A stretch of DNA of 64,000 nt from Massalongia carnosa (taxonomy: Eukaryota). How positions within the stretch are numbered: the stretch's first letter is position 1; each line of letters begins with the position of its first letter. The DNA lies in contig OZ287068.1 of assembly GCA_965645245.1 (NCBI GenBank), positions 868,001 to 932,000 on the forward strand, given 5' to 3'. The position numbers were made by a program, and so were the translations under genes. Below, one piece after another: positions 12,415 through 25,122 of the stretch. Below the pieces are notes generated by a model, which saw only the letters and a list, made by a program, of their open reading frames with translations, did no database searches and had not been told where the DNA came from.

Positions 12415-14651
12415 CCCTTCGTTGGCCAGAATGGCAGCCATTTCGGTAATATTGAATTTTACAACACTATCAGTCGGGTAATGACTAATAACTTTAATCC
12501 GACCAATCAGATTTACTGAATTTTCCCTTTTCGTAAAAAATGAGTACATCGCTATCATTACATAGGTAAAATGTCTAGCGGCTATGTAAAATGTCCCAAC
12601 ACGACTCCCTTTTGCAGCAAGGCCCACAGCTCTTACATTGCCACATGGTCTGAGATGCGCGTCTTCTTTTGGTGCAGTTTTAATTCATTTCCTCTAATGG
12701 TCGCGTCGCTTGAGCTGAGGTAGTTGACTTTTGCAGGACAGGCAATATGTATTTTTAGACAAATGCTCCCATTCGCACGGGGACGGAGTCGACTTGACAT
12801 TCTGATTAGAAATTACCACGACTTCTAATGGGCCTTTTCGTAGGGCACCAGCCTGATTAGTGAGTAAAGCTTTCACTATTTCTTGTTGAAAATCTCGATG
12901 ACTCAACGCTGAATTAGGGTACAGAATTTGCCAAAGCTTGAAGGCGTTCAACACGGCTGCTTTCAAAAGAAAAATGAATAAAGGCCACCAATAGCGACGG
13001 TCAGATGCCTGAGGATTATAGTACGATCGTTGTTGTGCATTACCATCCGACCCACCCATGTGTTGATTGTATTCGACGATAGGCATTGGAAATGGAAGCT
13101 TCTTTTCATTAGCATCACCATTAATAGTAACAGCTGAATCTTTGGGAATTCCATGACGACGCCGAGAATCTTTATAGACGACAGTTGACAAATCCTCAAT
13201 GGTATGAGTAGTAGTCATAAATTGTACTGTGTTTAAATCCACCCAAGCTAAACACAACACATCGCCTTCTTCAATGTTTAATTTCTTATCAGCTTTGACC
13301 GTCATCAAAGCTTTTTCCCCCCAGTCCTTATTCTTAGTAGCAGCTGCACGAAGTCGTAAAAGTTCCATGGGAAATCCACATCCGGCCTTAGCCGTCCCAC
13401 AAGCACCTATCCCCATGGTTTTTTAAAGCTTTGAATAACTTCGTACTGGTGAAGAAGTTATCTAGAAATATAACGTATTTCAAAGTTTCGTAGGAAGGTA
13501 AACTCTGGCTTAGTTGAATGACAACTAGGGATGAAGGTGTTAAGTTCCACTTGGTGGATGGAAAGTTTAATTGACGGGGGCTTTTCAGTTCACTAATTTT
13601 CGACACCTACTTTCGAAGTCAGTACGAAAAGTGTTTTTTCTTTTTTTCTTTCATCTTACCTTTGAAGTAAAAAGAAAATCAAAGAGATAATTTTCTTGAC
13701 ATAGACTGTAGATTTTAAAACCTACCCCAGCAGCTTTGGTGGCAATTTGCATAGTGTGACAACTTCTCCCTCTGAATAAAATCAACTGTTCATCAATTGA
13801 CAAATGACTACCAGGTATTCAATACTTTTTTGAAGCCATTCGAAAATTCGTTGCTAAAGGCTCAAGGTTTTTCCACCAATCAGGGCCCCGCGTATCAATA
13901 TTCTCATCATCATCGGGATTGGAAATTTTCAAAAACCGTTTGAGTTGCTGCCAGCGGCAACGAGCCATACTCTAAAAAACCAATTCATGAATAGCAAACT
14001 TAGGGTCCGTTAAACCAATTCATGAATAGCAAACTTAGGGTCCGTTATCCAGTAATCAGTAGTACGAGGCATTAGCGTGTAGCCCATGTATAATAGTATT
14101 CCAAGAAAAACACCTATTTCAGCAGCAGAGGTGCTGTGCCAAACACGTCGATGCTTGAAGTTGTTGGTGGAGTACTCCTTACTCGCTTTTAGATTCGTGT
14201 TCTGGGCCATGATTTCAAGTAGTTCAGAGCTAAAGTAGAGGGAGAATAGACTGAAAGGAGTCTGAGTTCTCAAGCGCAGCATCTCGTCTGCCTGAGGTGG
14301 ACGAAATGAGACAGACACTGGAGAATATCTTGAAGAAGGGGGAGGAATGGAGTCAATAATACTTTGCACGCTGGGTTTATTTTTTTTGGCCTGTTCCTTC
14401 AGCACCGAGGGAGGCAAGACATCTGACTGATCAGGAACCTCAATTTCAATGCCTCTCATAATTTTTTATTCAAGAAATTTATAATGTTAGAGTGCTGTTT
14501 AGGTAATGTTTAGGTGACATTTAGGTGACGTTTACATTATTTATTTACTACGTGCGAAAAAAGGGGTAAATTTTTTTGATGTTCGTGACTTAGCCTTATT
14601 GTATTAAATTAAGCCTATTCGGGTTGGCTGCCATTCTGGCCAACGAATGAG
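12415..14651 (-). mobile_element. piggyBac-like transposon with fragmented transposase (~14459-12694)
   Basis: 23-bp inverted repeat TTCGTTGGCCAGAATGGCAGCCA at both ends; motifs LFSLYF..MAQNTN, FLGILLYMG, SIDEQL..FRGR, LDNFFTS, YNQHMGGSD; Cys-containing C-terminus; frameshifts and a stop. Confidence 0.88.
13977..14046. repeat. Exact 35-bp tandem duplication inside the piggyBac transposase
   Basis: AAACCAATTCATGAATAGCAAACTTAGGGTCCGTT occurs twice in tandem and breaks the frame. Confidence 0.9.
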
Positions 14652-14666
14652 ATTGGACTTCGTCTA

Positions 14667-16537
14667 CAGAGGCGAATCTCAAAAGTAATGATAATACGCT
14701 AAAAGCTAGTGCCGTAATTTAAATTTTCCGTACCGAGCAAATTTTCCCCTTTTCTTTCCCCTTTTCTCATCCCAAATCATTTACGAACCAACATTTGATC
14801 AAATCATCATCATGGTCAATAAATCAGCTGATATTTATTTGCGGGCTCAGGTCTTGACGTTGTCTTATTGCACCCCGGCCTCAATTGAATTTATTGCAGC
14901 TACTACAGGTTATTCTGTCCCCAACATTTATCGTATTCGTCGCATTGCCAGGGATCAAGGATTTGATCCCGCCATTTCTTTGCAGGTGCTTGATAAATAC
15001 GCCCGTCATGAAGAAAAATCTGGTCGACCGAGAAAGGCTACTACTGAGAAAGAAGATGAAGTCATTGATCTAGTCATAAAAGACAGATACGCCCGTGAAA
15101 AAACCAGTGCCCAGTTGGCAAGAGAAGTTGGACTGTCCAGATGCACCGTGTGGAGAATCCTGAAACAAAGAGGCTATAAAAAAGTCAAACCGTCGTATAG
15201 ACCAGGGCTTACTCCTGAAATGAAAGCGGCTAGACTGGCTTTTGGTCTCCTGTATAAAGACTGGACCGTGGAGGATTGGAAGCGGTTTATTTGGTCAGAT
15301 GAAACAGCAATAGTGCTTGGTCACCGTCGCGGAGCTGTCAAAATTTGGCGTACAACCAAGGAAGGAAGAAGACCAGTCAAATCCACCGTACGTGCTAGGT
15401 GGCATGGGGCTCATGAATTCATGTTTTGGGGATGCTTTTCCTACGATTGGAAGGGGCCATGTCATTGCTGGAAACCGGAGACAAAAGCGGAAAAAGCGGA
15501 AGCCAAAACCAAGCTTGACGAGATGAATGCTGCATTGGAAGCCAGTGAGAGATTAAATTGGGAGCTGACCAATGGAATGAGACGTCTTTCAACTCGCAAT
15601 TTACCAGGAAAAAAGCCGCAATGGAAATGGGATGAGGAACATGGAAAGATGATCAGAAAAGAAGGTAAAGGAGGCATTGATTGGTGGCGGTATCAAAACG
15701 TCATACTTCTGCCAAAACTGATTCCTTTTGCTCAGCAATGCAATGCAAAAAGAAGAGAAGCCGGATTGTCTGAAATGATCGTACAGGAAGATAAGGCTCC
15801 GTCTCATGCTTCCAAGCATCAGATTCCCATCTTCTCTCGTCATGGCATCGAGCGTCTTTTATGGCCCGGAAATTCTCCTGATCTCAACATGATTGAACCC
15901 TGCTGGCCCTGGATGAAGCGACGTACAACTGCCAAAGGTCCTCCTAGTTCTCGGTTAATTGCTGAATCTATGTGGCATCGCACTTGGGACGATCTACCTC
16001 AGGAGAATATTCAGGCATGGATTGAAAGAATTCCACGTCACATTGCAAAAGTCATTGAATTGGAAGGTGGAAATGAGTATTGCGAAGGACGTTTGGACGT
16101 TGATGGACGGACCAAAGAAGGAAAAATGCGACTTCAACAGCTGAGGGAAGAATTGCTCAGTAATACAGCAAAACCAGCTTCTTCTTCTTCTTCTTCTTCT
16201 TCTTCTGTGGCGTCAACGAGACCATCATCCAGACAATCAAATGATGATACACCCAGCCCGTTGAATGTCAGGGCAGTTACCCCTGAGCCCCCTACACAGA
16301 AGCCATTGACACCCCCCTTATTGAGAAAAAGAGCCGTTTTATCTCCGAAAAATCACCTTCCCCCACGCATTCAAAAGGTGGTTCGTACTGCAGCCAGTTT
16401 CAGACCAAAAAGACGTTGATTAGATGGTTGGTAATGGCATTTGTAGATAGTTGGTAGAATTTCAGGCTCGGTATGGAAAATCTAAATTACGGCGCTAGTC
16501 TTTAGCGTATTATCATTACTTTTGAGATTCGCCTCCG
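14667..16537 (+). mobile_element. Apparently intact Tc1-like transposon, 1871 bp
   Basis: ~72-bp imperfect TIR (CAGAGGCGAATCTCAAAAGTAATGATAATACGCTAAA...) with TA at 14665-66 and 16538-39. Confidence 0.95.
14812..16419 (+). CDS. Tc1-family DD34E transposase, 535 aa
   Basis: SGRPRK and HTH region, WSDE, QEDKAPSH, NSPDLNMIE; 34 residues between the second D and E; uninterrupted ORF. Confidence 0.93.
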   Translation: MVNKSADIYLRAQVLTLSYCTPASIEFIAATTGYSVPNIYRIRRIARDQGFDPAISLQVLDKYARHEEKSGRPRKATTEKEDEVIDLVIKDRYAREKTSAQLAREVGLSRCTVWRILKQRGYKKVKPSYRPGLTPEMKAARLAFGLLYKDWTVEDWKRFIWSDETAIVLGHRRGAVKIWRTTKEGRRPVKSTVRARWHGAHEFMFWGCFSYDWKGPCHCWKPETKAEKAEAKTKLDEMNAALEASERLNWELTNGMRRLSTRNLPGKKPQWKWDEEHGKMIRKEGKGGIDWWRYQNVILLPKLIPFAQQCNAKRREAGLSEMIVQEDKAPSHASKHQIPIFSRHGIERLLWPGNSPDLNMIEPCWPWMKRRTTAKGPPSSRLIAESMWHRTWDDLPQENIQAWIERIPRHIAKVIELEGGNEYCEGRLDVDGRTKEGKMRLQQLREELLSNTAKPASSSSSSSSSVASTRPSSRQSNDDTPSPLNVRAVTPEPPTQKPLTPPLLRKRAVLSPKNHLPPRIQKVVRTAASFRPKRR

Positions 16538-17004
16538 TAAATTACTACCTATTACGTTGCTCTTACGCAGCTGAAATTCCTCCTCGCATGACGTAGATTT
16601 TTCAAAATTTGCTTTTTCAACGGTAAAATAAATCTTGTCTCGTTTTAAGGCAAAGCATAATGAAAATTGAAGATTGAAAAACTTAATGCGTCATCTAACC
16701 TAGCTTGTTCTTATCGAGCTCAAAGTACAAATATGCATTTTAGGAGCACAAAGTATAGGAACCCAATGTGGCATGAACAGACAAGACCTGATATCCTCCA
16801 CACGGCTCATGTCTCACCATGCTTCGTCGCCTCATCCTCTCTGCCATTGTTAAACTGTCTCCATTCTAACATACGTCCGTCCAACCACGCAATCCTTAGC
16901 ATAATCACCTAAGTGTTTCCCACGCCGATGCAGCGTGTTCTCCTATTTTCTCCGCCTTGAGTGGTCTCTTTACATGCGCCCTCTTTGAAGCTACCTACTG
17001 CGAT

Positions 17005-18533
17005 CTAGTAAGAGGGCTCAGCCTGGCCACCAAACTGTGACTTTTCATACTGTTCTTGATGAGAGGTTACGCCGGAAGTGAGTTCTTGCTTCGGTGCATG
17101 AGGGAAGTCGGATGGTTGATAGTTTGGAACACTGCCAGGCTCGGATTTGATAGGATTTCTGGATGGCTTGCTGAGCTCTGGAGAGTTCGATCGTCCCCGA
17201 GCATTACCAATGTAATTCTGAGCTTTGGAGGTATAGTCCCCAGCATAGGCTTTGACTGTGCTAGTGGCACGGTTGGCGTGGTGACCTGCAATGTCTCGCA
17301 CTTGGCTGGCTTGCGAGTTCACCACGTGAGAAGCATGCTCAAGCTGGTGATCAATGACTTCTTTGTTGCTTTTGTAGATTAGCGGGCCTAGGTATATGAC
17401 CGAGACACCGATGAGAGAAAGGCCCCAGAGAGGAAGGAACTTAATCAGCCAGTATGAGAGCACAGCTGCAGTAAAAGCTCCGATTGAAGTAACCAGATTC
17501 TCGACGAAGATCACACGTTGGAACTCGATGACGAAGAAATTGATGAGTTGCTCCACATCTTCCAACGATGCCTCAAGAGCTTCCCTTGGAATTGTGTAGT
17601 ATTTCCGCGGACGGAATGAGGTTGCTAATCCTTGTGAGAACACAAGCTTCCCTACTATTTCGGCAGCCAGGGTTGCTACAGTCAAGTCAGATATGCAAAC
17701 GTTTAAAGGAGTTAATGTTTGCATACAACCAAGAGTAAGGTACAAAACCTTGAATGACCATCGAAGTGCTGGCAGATAACGGGCACCAAAGATAAAGAGA
17801 ATGACAGAGAGGTAAGAGAGGGCGGTAGCACGGGGATTCTCCCACTGCCATTGTCAGCTTCATAGGGAATCAACCAGGTATCGTGATAGCTTACGCTTAA
17901 GAGATTGTAGAAAAAGGAATGATAGTCTGGAATACATAAGCTTCATCGGTTGAAACCATGACAATTTTCAAACGTACGTGTTAGAGGCTGACCAGTTGCG
18001 GCGGGATTGCTAGGGGGGGCACGCGAGCCCGCAAGATTACGGAACTCGGATGTAGTCTTCGCATGCTGGTCTTTCACGGTCTCTGCAACAGGGCCTTTTT
18101 GGGATCAGCTGGTAGTCAAGCTGTTGGGTTTCAGATAGGTGTACTAGACAAGATACTATTAGCTGCATATTTTCTAACGTTGTAATAAAACACCCACCTA
18201 ACCATTGCTGATTGTATTTTTGGCACTCTGCGTTGCTGGATGCTGCTGAACAGAACTCAGGGCCGATTGAGCATCTGCGGTGAAATTTAATACGTCGAAC
18301 GTGTCACGCGAGCTCGCTGAATACTGTTGGATGAATCTATTAACAGTCTCTTCCTAAAGTCTTTGGGGTGAGCCAGTGCTAACCTCACTGTTATATATGC
18401 TATCCTTTGAGGATTGTAGCGAACTATTACCGTTCGTTGAGGCAATGTTCCTATCAATATTAGATTGTAAAGTTGGAACGTTGATCTCGGACTGCTGAGG
18501 GATTTCTCCCAGCTGGGGAGGTGCATCGGACAT
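17005..18533 (-). CDS. Reticulon-family protein (Rtn1/Cwl1-like), multi-exon
   Basis: YHSFFYNLLSWENPRAT, EQLINFFVIEFQR, two long hydrophobic segments. Start MSDAPP at 18533 inferred from splice signals. Confidence 0.82.
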
Positions 18534-20044
18534 GATTAACGCGTGCTAGGTGGTTGGACGTGGACGTGGATGTAGAAGTGGGAGTTAGGATGAAGAATGG
18601 AAGGTATGGTTAAGATGAACAGGCGAGAGGCTTCTTCTTAGGTGAAGTTGGAAGGCAATAGAAGAGGTGGAAGTTGTGTAGCGGGATGATGTGATATTTG
18701 GCTGGTAGAAAAATGTGACGAGATAACAGAACCTGATTTCGATTTAGGGATCCTCGCTAGCGCCCAACCGGGCAATGACGAAAGTGACCGCAATACAAAG
18801 TCCAGAGTTACCAATGACAAGAGTCACCTTTTACATAGTATGAACACTTCCAAGCCTCAGTTCCCTGGCAACGGCGTAACCACCTTGCCCTTAAGCTTGG
18901 AAGCTTGGAAGCTTGGAAGGTTTTGGGTTGCCCAGCAAGTACTCTCTATTTGTTGCTTACTCTCTCCCGCCACCTTTGGCTGATGAACACGTAAACTGTC
19001 ATTGCCAGTTGACAGCTCGACTAAAGAATCGCCAATTTTTTAAACTTTAACGCTCAAGGGCACGCGACAAGATTCCGGACGGAACTCACGGACTTGATTG
19101 CCGGAGCCTCGGATGGATCTGTTGAGCTGTACTTTGTACAGAGCACGTAACCACTCACCCACTCCACAGCTACTCCACAACGAACACCATGACAGCGACC
19201 TATCTATTAGTTACATGTATATAAGTCATCAACCGTTGACTCTACAAACCTCAAGAGCCAAATGGTTTGGACATATTCCTCTTCTAAATACTGATCGCTT
19301 ATGCATTCCTATTATCTTCGTTGTTGTGAATCGCTCGACTATCTTCAATTCACAGGCCTTCTAATCCACCTCAAAACAAAGCAAAGCGAAAGTATACAGG
19401 ATGAGAAACGGCATGTGTCAAGACAAAAATCTGGCTACTTCATCATTTTCCTATCCACAGGCAAGAAAGAACCAAAATCCTAATTTGCGGAGACCATACT
19501 GTTCGACCCAGCACCAAATGTCCAGTATATCTCGGATCGCTGGCCGCCTTCTGCAATAAGTAGAAGTGAAATGAGAAATATGAGAATCTGTATATTTACC
19601 GATGCTGATATTCACAGGATATTCCGGCCGTTATGCCTAACCAACCATGTACAAGGTACGTATACATGGATGCTTGTAGGACTTTAGGCTGATCTCTACT
19701 ACTTTGTACGTTGTTGATGGTACACCTAAGTCCATGGATATTCATCTAAAACCATACAACTCAGGGGTCAATGATTACACCAACTTTATGGTCAATATCC
19801 ATGAGTTTGCTGAGTAAGTGGCAGAGGCTCCTATACCCATTCCCACACTTTTCATCTTTCGTTATTGCTTGCATGCATCTAGAAGTTCTATTATCAAACC
19901 ATTCAAAAGCACTGTTTATACGCATTATTCATTCAAATCTTCCAGTACTAAATAAATGACTCCCGGCGTTGTTGTTCCGCATTTCACATTCCACATCCCA
20001 CATCAAGATCCGTCATCATTAAGTGTCATGGAATCATCTACAGA

Positions 20045-21498
20045 TCATGATGAAGCTCGGCGGCGACCTCCACGACTTTGATTTCCTCCCAAACTTGCAT
20101 CACGCATGTGCAGTTTCATTAGCATATACGCCGCTCGAGCATCCTTCATTAGTGCTGTCGACCTTTTTCTTCGCTTCAGCGGTGTTGTGGTTTCGTCAGA
20201 CGAGTAAGTAGATGGACTCTCTCCATCATAATCATCATCTTTATCTATTTGCCTCCTCTTGACTCCCCTGCCTTCTTCGCTACATGAGCTCTCTCTCGAT
20301 CCACGATACTTTAAGACCCGGGTATCTGGGGTGATCGGTTGTGAAGTCGTGGGGTGGCGTTCCTGCAATGTCGCAGAAGGGCGCCCATTCAATGCCGTCC
20401 ATTGTAGGCTAACTGGTGCTTGAGGCGTGCCCAAACACCGGTCGCTATGATCTGTATCAGTTCCGTACCCGCTTTCCATGTCGATAAGATTAACTGGCTT
20501 CGGCCGCAGAGATTTTGGTGTCCACCGTGAGCCACTTAGTGAAGGCGTTTCAGGGCTACAGGCTTGGTATGTTCCTCGAGACAGAACACGCAAGCCGTTC
20601 GCGGTTTCGGTACATTGGCGCACAATGTCGGGATTGATTACCATACGTCCAAAGCTCGGATCCTCAGGCAAGATACATAGGGATAGAAAGTCCACACCAA
20701 AAACTGGTGTTAGAGCATATCGAATGTTGTAACAGAATGTTGCCGCTATCGCCTTTGCGGCCTCATAAGGCATCCAGTATCCTACATAAGTTAGCAAGTC
20801 AAGCTATGAAAACGGCTTATTGAATGGGCAATGACCTTGAGCAGCCAGTGCCCCCCCTGTGATACTATGGCAAATCTCACGCAGGCCAGGATTGAGGTTC
20901 AGCATTTTTGCTGGAGTTGTCTTGATGTGAATCAATCAACACTGGAATTAGACAGGCGAGCAGAATCATGACCCACTTTGGAATACTTGCAGCATTTGAA
21001 AAAAGGCGTGATCCTGACAAGGCCGACATTATAATCCCACATCACGGTGTATTCTCGTTCATCTCCTGGCACCTTGAAGGTGTATTGAAAGACTATTTTC
21101 TACCCTTAGTGTTTCCAATCCATTCCTCTGGGAGTGTTCTTATTACCTTCAAAGCTCTCTCGTCCAGTCTTCTCAAGGAAAGATTTCTTCTCGCTGTTGT
21201 ATGGAATGTGCCGACAATATTCTGCGATCTTGCCCATAGGAAATACTTGGAACCGTCGATGATGTACATCGATTTCTTCGTTCTGAATCTCATAAGGTCT
21301 GTACCGCATTTCGCCCTTGGTCTTTCCTTTGGCAAAAATAGCCGCGTCCTTCGACATCTTCTGTTTCTTGACAGGCGGGAGCAGTGGTGAAGTGTCTGAG
21401 GTGTATGGGCTTGAACATGGGCTGGGTAACTGACGATGGGGCTCAAATGAGGGTAGAACAGGATTTAGGAGCGATGCGATAGATACCATGGTTCTCAT
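20045..21498 (-). CDS. APSES/KilA-N transcription factor, Xbp1-like
   Basis: [59 protein letters not shown] across three short introns. Confidence 0.87.
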
Positions 21499-24400
21499 CG
21501 TGTTGGTTGTATCTCGAACACGTAGCTAACGCCGTGATTCTACCTAGGGCGAAGATGTTTGATTCGATGATGCACTGACTCATCCGACCTTTCAGGTAAG
21601 TGGGGAATGCTATGTTCCAAAGATGGTTGACGAAGTAAAAACCGATGACGGCCTTAAGTTTTAATATGCTGGCAAATACAACACTTGAATGAAGCTTCCA
21701 ACGATAAGCTCGGCATCAAAGGGCCGTGAATAACGAATTAAAGGGCCGCCTTGACCAGACAAACGTCCCGTTCTTAAGGAATTGCCTTTTATTCTTTCTT
21801 TCGCTACGGAAGGGAAGAAGGCAGTAGGAAGAATCGAGATGCAGATTGAATGGCCAATTCTTTGTTGGCGTGTGGGTGCAGAGTCGTAGAGTCTGGGCTG
21901 GGATACATGAAACGGTGAGAAAATTGATACCCGCAGTCATCAAGGAGATCTGCGTCTGTTTGTCTTGGATCAGATTTCCCATTTAGCGCAAGATCTATAT
22001 CTCTTCGAGGTGGTCTGATCGCAAAATGAGAGACAGCGGTGAAGCAATAGAATACAGGAATATTCCAGCTTGGCGGCAAAAAATCTTAGGCTAGAGAGGA
22101 TGTCTACGAGCTTTTGATGATGGTAATATTTTACGCTGTAAATACTCATTGCAATTGGTCGGACCACGTCTTCCTGTTCTGCCTCAACAGGCCAAACACT
22201 ACAGTCCATAGACTGTTCATGGGATTTGCAATCATCACGGCTTCAACTCCAAATTGCAAGCAAGCGTCCCACAGGCCTGCATCAGCATGAAGCCATGAAG
22301 AGAATGTTATCATCGAGGCACACCGGCAATTGTTTCACCAAACTCGGCGCCTATCCGAACCCGTAAGCTCAGGCTTGCCATGACACGTAGCTGTTTTCTT
22401 CGATTTGGATCTTCAGCTTCCGACTAGGTCAGCATCGAAATTTTGCTCTTCGTCACCGGACGTTATGAGCAAATCATTTTAATCTAGGTGTCGTGACCTT
22501 CTGCGAGGTTTGCCCCAGCTTCCTTTCTGGATCGCCGCTTGAGAGAGGAAACATTTCGAGCATCGTCACCCTCGGTGTGCAGTGTTGGCCTACACATTCT
22601 CCACTCGGCTAGATGCAGATGGAGGCTACGGAAGGTTACCGATCCCGCAACAGGATGTACAAAGAAGGCGTGATCTTTGCTCTGGGAGTACGAAAGAGAC
22701 TCGATGCACGTGTGTCTGATCTGAGTGGATATGAAAAGGGGAGCTGTTGGTCTTCGTGCCTGCATTGAAAATGTGTCTATTAAAATTGGAGACTATTTCA
22801 ATTTTTATCAAAATAACCCTCTAGGCCTCACAACTACGCACTGGGGCTTTGCAGGGTATTCTAATTATGCCACGTCGTCTCCTATCCACAATCATGGCTC
22901 ATTCTTTTAGTAAGTCCATCTCATCGGCTCTTAGAATTCTAGCATGACTGTACTTATCCGCAGCTTATAAGTCCCATCAACGCTTGCAGCCGTAAGCCTA
23001 TCCTTTTATTTATTTGATGCCCCTTTCGGCTAAACAACCTCGCGACAAGCCAAAGACTTTTCGAGAAGACTTTACTTGCATTAGAGCGGCATATACCGGA
23101 ACATCTTTTAAACATGCAGCTGTTTTAGAGTTGACGGCGTGGCCTTTATGCCGCTGGGTTCTTCCAAGAGGCTTCTGGAAGGGTTGGGAAATATACAGGG
23201 AAGATTCCGATTCGCTGCCTTTAGGGTGGGTGATTTAGCTACCTGGACAGCATTCTATTTGGATTCTCCTTTGAATAATGACTTACGTCAAAACTTCGTA
23301 CTATTAGAGAAACAGTAGATTCCTTTGCTTTTGTTGGCAATGGCATCCGGAACAGATCCTGAATATCATTTAGAATCCTAAGCGGGCAATATCGCAAGCT
23401 GGACATTGGAAATGGACCAAGATATTTTTCTCTCCAACGACCAAGGCCGCGAACCCGAGAAAACAAACATGGCTTCATGTTTTAGTCTCTCGCCCGGAAA
23501 GATGGTATGAGGAGGCTATGGGAAAGCTACAGCAGCATCTCAAAGGAAGTATCGGTTTTTCTTCACTACTCGGCAAGCCGACATAACGTCTATTTCTTTA
23601 GTATCTTCATCCAATCATAAAACAAATGGCTACCCGGTTGTCCTTTTAACACCTCAGCAAACGAATCACTGAAGAGTATCCTTCCGTTCTCGAAAGTGCC
23701 AGAAGGGCTATTATCGCCCATGGTTTCGTCATCAATCCATCGATTAGAAAATTACTATGTCGCCTTGGATAATGACTGCCAAGTACTGCGTTGTATGAAC
23801 CTTCTTTCCTCCATACCTCAAGCTCCTAGCCATCTCATGTGTGGCTTGTTATGTACAGAACATTCCCTGTGCATTGCAAACCCCCTTCTTCGGCCTATTG
23901 CGGTCCTACAAGTTTTCCCATCCGATGAACCCCACCAACCCAAAAGCTTGGAGGCGAAGGGGACACGGCAACCAGCACATGTTTTGCGAAACGTCAGCTC
24001 TCCCTACGCGGATTTTGGAACTCCAGTCGCCACTTCTCCTCCTTGGTGCCACCAACCTCATCATGTATCACCACGCCTGCACACCCCGCATTCCCCCCCT
24101 AGGTGCAACATGTACTTCCACCCCGTCTGAGCCTCTCCTTGTTATACGTTGTACCTGATAAGCACTTGCTCTTTAGCGAAGGTGTTTCTTTCGCTTCTTA
24201 GCTGGGCCTAATTATTTCGTTCGTTCTTTCGAAGTGCCTACTTGGAAACGAAGTCGCCCCATGTGCTGAATCGTCTATCAGCTTAATGTCAGTCGAGTTT
24301 CCTGTATATCCCTCCGCAGCCTCGATTTTATCCATTCTCATTTCGTTTACGGACCCTGTTGTTATCCCACTTGAAGTAAGCTCCAAAAAAGCACAAGGGA

Positions 24401-24728
24401 AAAAAGCCATCCTTAATCCCTAACACTCTATTCCAGAAACTCCAAACTATACTACCCTCATCCTCTAATACCAATACTACAACAAACTTTGTATCCAGCA
24501 TGCTAATGTTGTTTTCCTTATGCCAACTACTCAGTTATCCCTTTCCTCTATTTCCATTACCGTCACCCCTTATCCCCTTCAAATATCCATCTCCCCAATC
24601 CCAAGGCCACTCTACTCTCCATTTCTAGACCTTTCTCCCATGTCCTAGAGATCTAGAATGTAACTCAGACACCTACCCGATAACTCACACCCTTTGGTTC
24701 TATCTATTTTCCAAGGTTGGGAACACGT

Positions 24729-24749
24729 GGGGGGGGGGGGGGGGGGGGG
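24729..24749 (+). repeat. G21 homopolymer
   Basis: Read directly from the sequence. Confidence 0.9.
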
Positions 24750-25122
24750 TGCGAAAGGTCGGATGAAGAAGTGGAAGAGATAGGTAGATGGACGAGAGGA
24801 AAAGGAGGCTACCTACCTTCGTACTAAGTAGCTGTACAAGTATCAACCGATCAAGTTAGGCTTTGAACTTAGAAGAAAGGCCGAGCGAACGAGGGAAGGG
24901 AGACGAGCACAGAATCCTCATGGCTAATTAGTCGATTGATTGCTAAGTAAACGCCGTAGATGAAAACCCATATCCTGGCAAACGAGTCTTGACCCTTGAT
25001 GTGTAGGCTGGGTAGAGAGAAACTACTTAATAAAAAGTCCCCTTAAGCCATCATTACTAGATCTTTCATCCAAAGCTCATCCTATCTATGTATGCACCTT
25101 CCTCGCTCACTCATAACCCCGA

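Noticed and set aside
14667..16537. Fanzor/TnpB cargo in this or the other transposons
   Set aside because: No second ORF with RuvC or zinc-finger motifs; each element is filled by its transposase.
18893..18920. AAGCTTGG tandem repeat upstream of the reticulon gene, and similar short repeats near 36300 and 42220
   Set aside because: Ordinary low-copy simple repeats with no evidence of function.
21700..24720. Short ORFs and possible eroded coding sequence between the APSES gene and TOP2
   Set aside because: No recognisable motif or consistent exon chain.
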